A DNA stretch of 64,000 nt. Origin: Phyllosticta citribraziliensis. Taxonomy: Eukaryota. Where the stretch lies: NCBI RefSeq assembly GCF_038025025.1, contig NW_027117339.1, positions 2,108,001 through 2,172,000 of the forward strand. Direction: 5' to 3'. A program made the translations under genes and the position numbers. Below, piece after piece: positions 1 through 10,600 of this stretch. Position 1 is the stretch's first letter. Every line of letters starts with the position of its first letter. A model generated the notes under the pieces. The model was not told the origin of the DNA and ran no database searches. It was given only the letters and a program-made list of their open reading frames with translations.

Positions 1-327
1 TTCGCCCCCAGCGCCCTCTTCTCCCTCTCGCCTCAGTCCACCACCTTCAAACCTTGCCGTCCCTCCCATCACCAGCCTCAGCCTTGCGCTGCATGTAGTT
101 GACGACACCGCCGCGTCAACGACCTGTCGTCTGCCGCCCTACTCTTGATCCAACACGCTCCAAGCCCCTCGACCCTGCCTCTTCCTTCACCGGGCCCTGC
201 CCTCTGATTCGACAATCACTGCGTCTTGGACACCAATCGCTGGTGAGTCATACCGTCTCGACACCGCCCTCCCACTCGGTCCAACGAGTTGACCCTCTGC
301 AAAGCGGCTTATCCCCCTACCGTCAAC

Positions 328-2817
328 ATGGCTGCCAATCAAGTCAACCCCCGCCGCCGTCCTCAAAAGGACCATTCCGTCCAGATGCCGCCGCCGCCGC
401 TCATGACGAGCCATCTTCGCAAAGCCGGAACCTTCCACTCTCCAACCAACGTCTCCTCTGATCTCGTCAACCCCCTCAACCATCACTCCATGCCCAAGCG
501 CTCCGAGACCAACCCGCACTCTCTCGAGCAGCTCCTCGACGCTGGCCAGAGCAGGGTTGCTGGCCTCCTCGCCGAGTTTGACAACGTCTTGTCCGGCAAG
601 ACGGCTCCTGATGCCAGCATCCTAAAGGACGAACAGGTCCTGCCCGTTCCCTCTTTCATGTTGGGCAACCACTCCGTGGCCGACCCGGATGCTATGCAAA
701 TCGACTCCAAGCCCGCTGCTGTGGACCACCACCACGTCTCTGACAGCGGCCTTGGCTCATCTGTCAGTGGCTCCGTCCACGGTATGTTGACCTCCTCCTG
801 CTCCTCCTTGCCCGGGATGCTGACCTTTGAAGGTGCTCGCCGTGCCCGGTCTACTCAGTCTGCTGCGGCCTCACGATCGGCCGTCACTCAGTCATACTCG
901 AGTCTCTCTGGCTCTGCCACCAAGACCCGCGGCCTCAGCAAACAAGCCTACGGTGTCATCCAGACCCGCATTATCCGTCCAATTCTCCGCGAGCCGTCCT
1001 TGAGGGAATTCCACCCCTTGATCAAGGACGTTCCCTCGCGAATTGGCTCGAAGGACATCACCAACCTCCGCGACCTCGAGAAGACGCTCATCTTCCTCGC
1101 TCCCGTAAGTGTTGATTCTTCAGATATTTCAAGTTCTTTGGCTCACGTGTGTCGCCAATTAAAGCAATACGCCGCCTCGCCAGCCAAGTACAAGCGATTC
1201 TGCGAAACGAGCGTTGCCTTTATTGCCGACACTGTCTCTCACATCTGTGAAGCCGACCAACGTCTGCCGACCGACCGCCCTTATACGACTAACTATTTCC
1301 TCGACCTGGTTGAACAGATCCGTAGGTACGCCGCCATCATGGCTGCTTCCAGGGTGAAAAAGGCTTCCGGCGAAGCCGCGGGAGAGGTGGATTACTCGTC
1401 GTACGTATCTCGCAAAGTCTTGGCGTATGAGTCACAGCGCGCTAATCACGTTTATAGAGACGAAAAGGTCGTCCTCCAGGGCGGCCTCAGTAAGAACGGC
1501 CAACCCGCTCAGCTCGTCCGCGAGAAGGATGGCAAGATGATCCCCCTTGTTTCCGACGCCGAGCAGGCGGCCTCTCTGGCCCACCTCAAGCGTCCACTTG
1601 ACGCCGGTGTGGAAGAAGAGGACGACGACGTCTACCGCTCAATGGCCAGGCGCCGCAAGTCTGACCGTCCTGGTGATGTCAAGCACATTTGCTCCGAGTG
1701 CCGCAAGACCTTTGAGCGCCCGTGCGATCTGACGAAGCACGAGAAGACGCACTCCCGCCCCTGGAAGTGCCCGGAACTCAAGTGCAAGTACCACAACGCA
1801 GGCTGGCCCACGGAGAAGGAGCGTGACCGCCACGTCAATGACAAGCACACTGCTACCCCTGCGCAGTACAAGTGCCTCTTCCACCCATGCGCCTACTCGT
1901 CCAAGCGCGAGTCGAACTGCAAGCAGCACATGGAGAAGGCCCACGGTTGGACCTATGTCCGTTCCAAGGCCAACGGCAAGGGACCCAAGAAGTCGACTGG
2001 CTCCGTCAGCTCCATGGGGCCTCAGACTCCCCTCACTCCGTTCGTGGACACGCCCCCAACCGGCCACATCCAGCAACTCTCCACCCCCATGCTCTCTACT
2101 CCTGCCACTCCCTTTGACAATTCGCCCTCTGTGTCGTCCTTCCCGGAAGTTGATTTTGACAGCAATGCCTCCTCTTCCGGATTCGACACTGCGAGCATGT
2201 TCTACGGCAACAATGGACAGGAAATGTACCGCCGAGAATCAAACACAACGGCAGTAACCAACATTACCTTCTCAACCGGCTGTTCTCCGATGCCCCAGAA
2301 CACCTTTGAAGATGCCATCACCACTCCCAACACCGACTTCAATCATTCTGCTGCGGATATGATGTACGACCCAACCTTCAACTTCAACACCAACATGCAG
2401 CAACCCACCCCGGCCCTCAGCAACGACGATCTCTTCGCTGACCACTTTCCTCCGTTGGACATGTCCAAGCCGTTCAACTTCGCCGACATGAGCACAAGCG
2501 AGTTGTCGCCCCACGCGCAGCCCAACATGACCCTTTTTGCGCCGACCAACAACATGCACCTGGATGAAGGCTTTGGTGGCGACGACTACCTTCCTTCGGG
2601 CGACTTCCAGCTTTTCGGCGACTCGAGCATGACGTCGGCTCCCATGGCGGCTCCCACGTCGGCTCCGGTCAACCCTGCCCCGGTTGTTAACAACAACGGC
2701 GAGGGTGCTTCGAATTGGTTCCAGGACTTGTCCAACTTTGGCGGCCAGTTTGACAACATGATGTACAACCCCAACCCGGCTTGGAATGAGCTGGACTTTG
2801 ACTTTGGATCTCAGTAA
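328..2817 (+). CDS. ace1: C2H2 zinc-finger transcription factor of the Ace1/SltA family; introns 782-832, 1105-1164, 1401-1457
   Basis: Three C2H2 fingers (CSECRKTFERPCDLTKHEKTH; CPELKCKYH..WPTEKERDRHVNDKH; CLFHPCAYSSKRESNCKQHMEKAH), RSMARRRK basic patch and LRDLEKTLIFLAP block typical of Ace1/SltA. Three GT..AG introns with branch sites gctgac, gctcac, gctaat. First ATG at 328. Confidence 0.9.
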   Translation: MAANQVNPRRRPQKDHSVQMPPPPLMTSHLRKAGTFHSPTNVSSDLVNPLNHHSMPKRSETNPHSLEQLLDAGQSRVAGLLAEFDNVLSGKTAPDASILKDEQVLPVPSFMLGNHSVADPDAMQIDSKPAAVDHHHVSDSGLGSSVSGSVHGMLTSSCSSLPGMLTFEGARRARSTQSAAASRSAVTQSYSSLSGSATKTRGLSKQAYGVIQTRIIRPILREPSLREFHPLIKDVPSRIGSKDITNLRDLEKTLIFLAPVSVDSSDISSSLAHVCRQLKQYAASPAKYKRFCETSVAFIADTVSHICEADQRLPTDRPYTTNYFLDLVEQIRRYAAIMAASRVKKASGEAAGEVDYSSYVSRKVLAYESQRANHVYRDEKVVLQGGLSKNGQPAQLVREKDGKMIPLVSDAEQAASLAHLKRPLDAGVEEEDDDVYRSMARRRKSDRPGDVKHICSECRKTFERPCDLTKHEKTHSRPWKCPELKCKYHNAGWPTEKERDRHVNDKHTATPAQYKCLFHPCAYSSKRESNCKQHMEKAHGWTYVRSKANGKGPKKSTGSVSSMGPQTPLTPFVDTPPTGHIQQLSTPMLSTPATPFDNSPSVSSFPEVDFDSNASSSGFDTASMFYGNNGQEMYRRESNTTAVTNITFSTGCSPMPQNTFEDAITTPNTDFNHSAADMMYDPTFNFNTNMQQPTPALSNDDLFADHFPPLDMSKPFNFADMSTSELSPHAQPNMTLFAPTNNMHLDEGFGGDDYLPSGDFQLFGDSSMTSAPMAAPTSAPVNPAPVVNNNGEGASNWFQDLSNFGGQFDNMMYNPNPAWNELDFDFGSQ

Positions 2818-3711
2818 ATGGGATGTGCAGAGTGGCTGTGGAGAAGATGAGGGGTTGCTGTTGGAGGCGTTGCTGCTCTTGAAGGCGAGCCCTGTGTTGA
2901 CGAGCAATTTTGCCCCCTTTTTTCCTTCCACGCCGGCACCTTTGTGTGACCGGTCGTGCTGAGGCTTTACTATTTTTTTGACACTTTTTCCTTCTTTGGT
3001 CATATCCCCCAAACGCCACTCCCTGTCGTTTGTCATCTGGGTCAGTCACCCCGTCACTTGGGGTGTGTTTGTTGAGAGCGCCGGCAGAATCCTTCCTACT
3101 TTACTCGGTTTTCCACCTATCTGACTGAAAGAGAGTACAACACCACTCACAAATATCTGATGACTTGTCAACATTCTCTATCATTTTTACCATCTATTTG
3201 GTTTGAACAAAGCGTCATCCTCTCGTGCTCGCGCACTCTCAACTGAAAACCCAAAAACATTGAAAACTCTTCCAAACTGAGAAAAGACGGGGAAATGTGC
3301 GATGATGGATTTCCTTGCTGTCTCCGTCTTTCTTGTCCACGTCTCACTCTTCTCTGTCTTCTCTCTTGGGTCGCGACTTTCTCTTCTTCAGTACTGGAGA
3401 GGAAGGAGGACAAAATGATGGATGAGAGAGATTGATCTGGTTGGTTGGAGCACGAGGGATTGAGAGTCTTGCTTGCTTCTATAGAACCAAAAGAACGAAA
3501 TGGCGTTTTCAGAATGTTCGTTCCTGCGTCTCCATATGTGACCCAATACTCGCTCTGTCCGAACCACCAAATTCCCAAGTGAACAAAACGTCGCCCAAAA
3601 CGACTCCCAACGCCATGGCCCTCCCTCTCGTCCCACATGATACCACAACTGCTCAACCCACATGCACCCATCCATCTCAACCCACCCTTCCCTCCCGTCC
3701 ATCATCCTCAT

Positions 3712-5124
3712 TCAGCCCGCCCTCCTCCTCACCCCACCAATCAACTTCCCCCACACATTCCTCACACCCCGGCGAAGCCCAGCACGCCGACCGCCGCCGC
3801 CGCCACCGCCACTGACCGAACCGCAGCGTGCCACCAAAGAGGTCCGCGCATCAGAAACAGGCCGGGGAGGAGCGGGGTTTGTTGCGGGAGGCGTCGCAGC
3901 AGTAGGCGACGGGCGAGGCGGCGGCGGCGTCGTCGGCGGCGTCGGCGGCGGCGTGCGCGGATCTAGGAAGCGTTCGGGTTGCGGTTGCGGCGGACAATGC
4001 GAGGGAGCAGAAGAAGGAGAGGAGGTGGAGAAGGGGGACGGAGGCCGCGGCGTCGGCGTGCGCGGGTCCAGGAAGCGTTCGTGTTGCGGCCATTGCCAGA
4101 GGTCCAAGGGGGCGATTGGGGACTCGACTCGGCCACCCTCTTTGCCATCTCCGTCTTCTTCTTCTTCTTCTTCTTCTTCTTCTTCTTCTTCTTCTTCTTC
4201 TTCTTCTTCTTCTTCTTCTTCGTAGTCGTCCGCGTCGTTTGGTCTTACAGGCGAAGACGTAGTCGTGGGATCTGTAGATTCGCTCCATCTACTCGGATCA
4301 GGAGGTCGGGGCGTGGTCGAGATGGAGTCGGCCGAAGGCCGCGGGGACTCTTTCTGTTCCGACATGCCGTCTTCCCGTGTAACTGATGTCGTCGATCTGG
4401 CAGCCGTCGATGAAACGCTACCGTCGTCGTCGTCGTCGTCGCTGTCGCTGGCGCCTTCGTTGACTTCTCGCAGGGTGCTGCTGCCGATGCTGCTCATGCT
4501 TTCTTCCAAGTAGTCCTGGTATGCCTTGGGATATGCACTGCCCAAGTCATAGTCATACTCCTCCTCCTCGGTTCTTTGCTCGTCATAATGGGCTTCCCCA
4601 TTCATTCCCCAGAGGCCGGTGTTCTCTTCGACCGCGGAGTGAGACCGGGACCGGCTAGGAGTGTAGACAAGAACGGGGACTAGATTCGTAGCCATCGACA
4701 AGGTCCTCGCCGTGTAAACGCCGCTGGTAGGGGGCTTGGAAGGGAAAATATGCCAACTACTAGATTCGTCGGCTGACACTGATGGCAGGGTGGTGTTGGG
4801 TGGGAAAAGATCGGGAGCTCCAATTGGGTCTGGGGCCGCATTCTCAGGATGCGGGAACGTGAATTCGAGAGACTTTCTCTTCAGTTTGGGTGATTGGTCT
4901 TGATGGGATAGAGATGGCATGGGTCGCCAGCACCAGAGACATTGACATTCTCCGACATGAGGGCGGACAATGTGGTTGGGGAGGTCGAAGGGAATGACAG
5001 CAATTGGATCTGGTTCCTCCGGGGAGGCTGCCGTCGAGCATGGTTGCGCCAACGCTTCAGGGCTTTGCTGGTCGTGTGCGTGACTAGGCGATGCCATGAG
5101 ATCCTCGAGTAAAATGTCGTCCAT
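3712..5124 (-). CDS. Hypothetical low-complexity Pro/Ser/acidic protein with poly-Glu (ORF open to 5259; likely start MDDILLEDL at 5124)
   Basis: 515-codon uninterrupted ORF convergent on ace1; no recognisable domain. Confidence 0.5.
   Translation of the reverse strand: MDDILLEDLMASPSHAHDQQSPEALAQPCSTAASPEEPDPIAVIPFDLPNHIVRPHVGECQCLWCWRPMPSLSHQDQSPKLKRKSLEFTFPHPENAAPDPIGAPDLFPPNTTLPSVSADESSSWHIFPSKPPTSGVYTARTLSMATNLVPVLVYTPSRSRSHSAVEENTGLWGMNGEAHYDEQRTEEEEYDYDLGSAYPKAYQDYLEESMSSIGSSTLREVNEGASDSDDDDDDGSVSSTAARSTTSVTREDGMSEQKESPRPSADSISTTPRPPDPSRWSESTDPTTTSSPVRPNDADDYEEEEEEEEEEEEEEEEEEEEEEDGDGKEGGRVESPIAPLDLWQWPQHERFLDPRTPTPRPPSPFSTSSPSSAPSHCPPQPQPERFLDPRTPPPTPPTTPPPPRPSPTAATPPATNPAPPRPVSDARTSLVARCGSVSGGGGGGGRRAGLRRGVRNVWGKLIGGVRRRAG
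4156..4221. repeat. Perfect (TTC)22 microsatellite, encoding poly-Glu on the minus strand
   Basis: Read directly from the sequence. Confidence 0.97.
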
Positions 5125-5876
5125 GGTGCCGAATGGTCTCCACTGATCCTGTAGTTCTCTTCTCTCCTGACATAGGTGCAAGTCTTGCACACGCGTGCAG
5201 AATCGGTGAAGCTGTGCAAAGGATCGGAGAAAGAGAAAAGAAACCTTTGAAAAATACATGGAGAAATGCAGTCTTTAATGGCCGACGGTTGCCGCTAGAG
5301 AAGTGACTGCTCTCACGGCCATGGAAAACGGTCTTCGCCGGCCAAGTTGGCCGACCAGGAGAAAGAAGTCACAAGGCGCCATTGGGCAGAGAAGCGCCAA
5401 AATCAGTTCTCAAAAGGGCAAGCCGTTGCAATTTTGGTGCGGCTGTCCGAAGATAGCATCAGGTCGAGTGCCGTGGAAGGTTGATACTAGGTCATGAACG
5501 GGATGGCTCATCGAGACCACTTCCGTTTTTCGTCCCCTGCTAAAGAAAGTCGCAATAATCGTCCCCGAAGCTTTCGAATGGACTAGTACTCACCACACCC
5601 TGTGACGTCAAACATCGTCGACGGGGCTTGCGAGTAGAGCGTATCATTTCGTTCATCCCTTGTTCCGGACGGTAGATGGGATTCGGTGGCAAGAACGGTG
5701 CGGAGCCAGCCCATGAGCCTGAGCAAAGGGATGGCCTCGAGACAACAGAGGTTGGGTTGATTTCCTTCCTTCCTTTCGCGCTTCTCACAAAACACACCAG
5801 CCAAAGATAGCATGTGCGGCAGCGGACGCTGCCCATTCAACATTTTCTCGCTTCGTCTCCAAACGCTTTTTTCCCT

Positions 5877-7695
5877 TTAAGCCTCCTCTTCTGCGAACCT
5901 TTCAAGCAGCCCGACATTCCAGTCGCCCATCTTCTTTGCACTGGCCGGGATCCAGGCACCGCTGCTCCTCAATCTTTCTTTCAGCGCAAGGAAAACATGC
6001 ACCGGCAGTCTCGCCTCTTCAACGCTCAAAGAGAGCCTGTCGAGTGCTTGGCCCTGTTCGTGGTCCGGCTTGAGATGGGCCGCAGGCTTCCACATGACCT
6101 TCATTGCACGCGCCGGGTCGGTCGTGCCATGGTCGTTGGAACCGCCGGCATGTGGAACCGAAGAGGAGAAGGAGAGGTCAGGTGTGAAGACCCAGATCTG
6201 TGGTGGTGTTCTTAATTAGCTTGCCACTTCTCGTACTAAGATTTAAGAGGTGGGAGGGTAGCGACGCACTTCGATGGGCTCCAAGCTCTCCCCATCCTCA
6301 TCGGCCTTGCTTGCCTGTAGTTCATCGTCCGGGACCACCGTGAACTTCCTGACTCCTTGATTCTCGATCAAAGATAGAAGCTGCGCGGAAACCCACTTCA
6401 GCGGGCTGTATGACTTGGGCGAAGGGGCGTCTTTGCATGTGACGGACAAGCTCCACTTCCAAAGGCGGAATCCATTACTGCGGTGGTCGAAGAGGCCGAC
6501 ATGAGAGTTGCACGAAGAGCAGAGCAGATGTGAGCGCTGATCTGAGGAACTGTGTGTAGCAAGCTGGGAAAAGTCAGAACAGGAACTTGGCAAGAAGTTG
6601 TGGTATTGCTTGACGATGTGACTGATCGATTTTGCTACTATACATTGATGATGTATCTTGTTTTAATCGCCCCCGCCCTGTAAGTTGCCAGGCAGAAGGC
6701 TGAAAGCCAAGACAGAGACTGGCGCAGCAAGCAAGAACCGCATCATTTGCACGAGCAATGAGGGTACACAAACCCGCTGCCACCTGTCTTGTTCTTGTTG
6801 GACATTTGTATCGAAGACCGCGCCATTGATTCAACCAAGGTTGGGCCTGGCCTCCTTCTTGTTGCCCATACCTCTTCAAAAACGAAGAGCACAGAGAGAG
6901 AAGCGAGAACGCGCATGGGGGATGTTGTGCCTTGTTCGCCTGACACGAGCCGAAGCCGCTGGGGATGCTCGCAAGAGGGATTCTTACCTTGACGCCGGTG
7001 CAATCTTCTTCGGCAAGCAGCAAGTGTGCAAGATCCACGAAGCCTACGCCCTTTCTTGCCGTGAGCCTGTTACTGGCAGCATAGCCTTTTCCGCGTCCTG
7101 CATGATTGTTGTTACCATGGCTATGCTCGTCCGGTTTGTGGCAATGCCAAAAGTCCATCATTTCTGCCCAATTCTCATTCGGCAAGTCAAGCCATGACTT
7201 GACGCCCATACGTGTGTTCTCCGCACCACCGCCATTTGCGCCCTCGGAACTGGGGTCGCTTTCGTCATCGTTCCGCTTGGGGTTCGCAACGGCCAGCTGT
7301 GCTCCACACTTTGCGCACTTGACACTCTCAGCTGCTTCCAGCTGGCGAGCATCCCAGGGCACCACATTCTCAGCACCCTGCCTCGATCGCAGCAAGCCGG
7401 GGCTCTTTTCCTGCAACTGCAATCGGAGCGTCAATTCCTTGCTCGGCGCCTGAGGCAGCATCAAAGCTGCGGATCCCCCGCCTGCGATCTGCGTGGGAAG
7501 GCGAATGGAGGCGGAGTGGCCTTCATGGGTGAGGGTCAGCGTTTCGCCGTCGGCAGAGAGAACAGCCTTGGTTTCGGACGTGTGCGCGGTGCGGAGCGAC
7601 GCGAAGAGCGTGACGGTTCGGATGTGGAGAAGCAATTCGGCATAGAGGTGCAGTATCGAAGAGGGCTCGGTGGAAGGCGACGGTGGACGAGTCAT
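5877..7695 (-). CDS. IPA1: Ipa1/UBE3D-family protein (HECT_2, E2-binding); exons 7695-6988, 6563-6270, 6197-5877
   Basis: LPNENWAEMMDFWHCHKP signature, CAKC and CSSC pairs, RLWKWSL, IWVFTPD and AMKVMWK blocks. Introns 6987-6564 (gtaaga..ctgac..cag) and 6269-6198 (gtgcgt..ctaat..cag) join the frames. Confidence 0.85.
6649..6867 (-). ncRNA. Intronic box H/ACA guide RNA (snR81-like 5' hairpin), predicted U2 snRNA pseudouridylation guide
   Basis: Hairpin 1 at 6867-6800 with pocket AAGAA/GATAC and H box ACAAGA at 6798-6793, 14 nt from the pocket. Terminal hairpin at 6713-6655 with pocket GCTTTCA/GATTAAAA and ACA box at 6654-6652, also 14 nt from the pocket. Confidence 0.8.
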
Positions 7696-10600
7696 TATGC
7701 TGGATGGAGCTGAATTGGAAGAAAGCTGGACAGTGGAGTGTCGCGCAAAGGTGGTGAGTGCGACACTGACGTCGAGCGGCCATGACTTTTGGGTTCTGAC
7801 TCAGCATCCACACCAGAAGACGACGGAGTTGTGAGACATGCAGCAGCCTTCAACGGCCGCTCTCCGAAAATGCACCCAAAAATCCAATCAAGGCTTTCTC
7901 CTCAGGCGCCATACTGCTGAAAGTTCACGGTCGAAGCGTGGCTTCAGCCCTCACTCTCCATCTTTGAGCCACTTGCTTGAAGTCCAATGCTCACCAACTA
8001 CCCCGACTGCATCCTCTGGTTTCCAGCTCGCCTCGTGGCCACTCACCATCCACCACCATTTAAAAAGATGCTCCAATGAGGGCCGACGACTTGACACTCA
8101 CCTCCCCATTGACCGGTACTACGCCCTGCTGAAACGCTGCACAATATCCTACATTGCGTGCTTGACTCCAATCAAGACGCACCGTCTGACGAAAACGCTC
8201 AGCCCTCGCCTGATGCTCTGTCATGTACCCTACCTCGACGTCCCGAAGCAGCCAGCCACGCCGAGTCGAGCCCAAGCGACGATGCCACCAGAGCGTTGCC
8301 CAGGCATTTCTCGCCAAGTTTGTGCCCTCGGACGACACGAGGACAACGGGTGCAGATATGCCAGCCTCCTCAATCTCTATTATTGGCATTTAGTCCGTCG
8401 CCAATCTCTTTATCTCGCTCCCGCTTCTAGACGTGCACCCAGTGTTTAGTCGTATAAGCGCCGACGACAGCAACTACAGCGATAGCCTACCCTTCGAAAG
8501 AAGATGGAGGTAACCATGGCAACGCCACGGCCCACTTCCGCCAGCTCACTTTTGTTCGTCTCATGACTCCCCTGAACGAGCCCAACTATCAGCGAGAATG
8601 ATGTCTCCTTCCGAACCCTAGTCCCTTTCGTCCGTGGTTCATGTGGCGGGCGTGTGGTCATTGTGGCCCCCTCGCCTGCGCACCGTCTCGCCGACTCGCC
8701 AGCGCGGAAGTGCGGCATGTGCCGCCGCCGAGTTCATCAACGATGATGAAACAAGGTCTTGTGTGTGCGTGTCTGCAAATGTATATCTGGGCCGAGGATT
8801 TGACTGGACAAGGCAAGTTGATTGCAAAGGCAACCAGCTACCATTGCCCGCGAAGACGGTTGCTTTTCTGGCGGACATGACTTGACGCGATCTGCAGCGC
8901 TCCTCAACGTGTCATGGCACGCGCGCAGCCACAAGCAGGTCGCGGTGGTGGTAGACCTCAGATGCAATGCGAGCAGCAGCAGCCGCACGCGCGCTGGGGC
9001 GCACAGTTGCGCAGGCGAGACACGGTGAGAGGAGCTGGACGGCTGTTCGTGGGTGCAGATGACGCATGCAGAGTTTTGGTGTGCTGGCGCGGCTTACTCT
9101 TTCTTCTTCTGCCTTGGGTGTTGCCAGTCGGAGTGGAGGGTGGCTTGCTTCCTCGGTCGACGGGGTCCAGGCGGAGGCTGCAGGCCCTGCTTTGCCTGAC
9201 TGCATGAACCTGAGCCAGCTACGGCCAACCAAAGGAACAAGCTAGCGTAGCGACGAATCCCGCGCGGCGGGCCGGGTCGCCCGGGGCCCGACCTGGTTGC
9301 AGCATCTGCAGACCGGCCTTTGGCGATTGCATGACTGTATTGCTGTATGATGTTGTTCATGCCCCACCGTCGCATCGGGCTCTGGATGAGGTCGACAACA
9401 GACGTTGCTATGCCGCGCGTGGACGGGCGTGTGCGCACACACAGACGCGGCAGGCAAGTGGCCGGCGCGGGAGCGGGCTCGGCGAGGATGAGCGTCAGGG
9501 GTGAGCTAAGTAAGGAGCAGGGGCTGGGGCGAAGAAAGAGGGTGAAGGAAAGGTAGGTAGGGATGGCCAAGGCCACTCAGCATGACGGCTGCCGACGGCG
9601 CGGATTAAACAGAAGACACCAACAACAACCACGACGGTGAGCGGATCATCAGGAGGTGCTCTTCGCAGCATGCCGTCAGCACCGGAGAGACGACCTTGTA
9701 CGAATGGCAAAGAGGGGGGGCGTTGCAACTTGCAGCGAGGGGACGGGCCGTACAGGTTGATAGGAGGAGCTCGGGCACGCGGGGACGGGGCAGGGACCCG
9801 GACAGCGGTTGCGTTGCGCTGGGTGATGTCAGTGGGTTGCCGGCCCTGCCTCCGTCACAGCGGCCGGGGTAGCGGCAGGGAGCCAATCAGGGATGAGGGG
9901 GAAGAAGACGGGGGTCGGATTTGCAGGGGTCGTGTCCACAGTGGCGACATGTGAGGGACGACATGATGGCGGCTGGCCGTGGACTCTTCTGCTTCGAGCA
10001 TTGGAGAGAGTGAGACACGAGGGCGCGAGTTTCAACTGCGTGGGCATGCTTTGTGACGGCAGCACACCTGGAGCATGGCTGCGGCGCAGGTGCGAGCGGT
10101 ACCGGAGCTGAAGTGAGCAAGGAATCCAGGCGCGGGTTTGGGCGACGACGGGAGACTGGAGCGGCAGAATTGGCTCGTGCTGTGCTTCGAGGAGAGACGT
10201 GAGGTTGGACTCTTCTCCATTTACCGTGGTGGACGTCAAGTACAGATACTCCTGTGGCTGCTGTCCCGTAGTACACTGACTGCTGATCATGTACGTAAGA
10301 CGGGCCAATACACCTGTGTCAATGTGAAACATGGCCGAAGCTGATGGACGGAGAAGATGGCCGTGAAGTTGTTCGACTCCAGTGACGAGGCTCAGGCACG
10401 GACGCGTCACAAACCCCAAGTCAAGCATTGGACACGAAGTCTTGACGTTGATACACAGACGGTGGTATCAAGATTCCAATCTGGACAACAGGGTGCTAGG
10501 TTTGCGTCGGTCGTCCTGGTAGCCGTTAGCAATGCTCGCATCTGAGCCTCTGTGCCAACTCAGAGAGACGAGGCTGAGCATCCGACTTGACAGGGTGGAG

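Noticed and set aside
6661..6690. Alternative reading of the 3' hairpin as a guide for 25S rRNA (CTTACA plus TTAAA versus UUUAAAUAUGUAAG)
   Set aside because: CTTACA lies in the apical loop and top of the upper stem rather than the pocket; the U2 pairing fits the stems and 14-nt spacing better.
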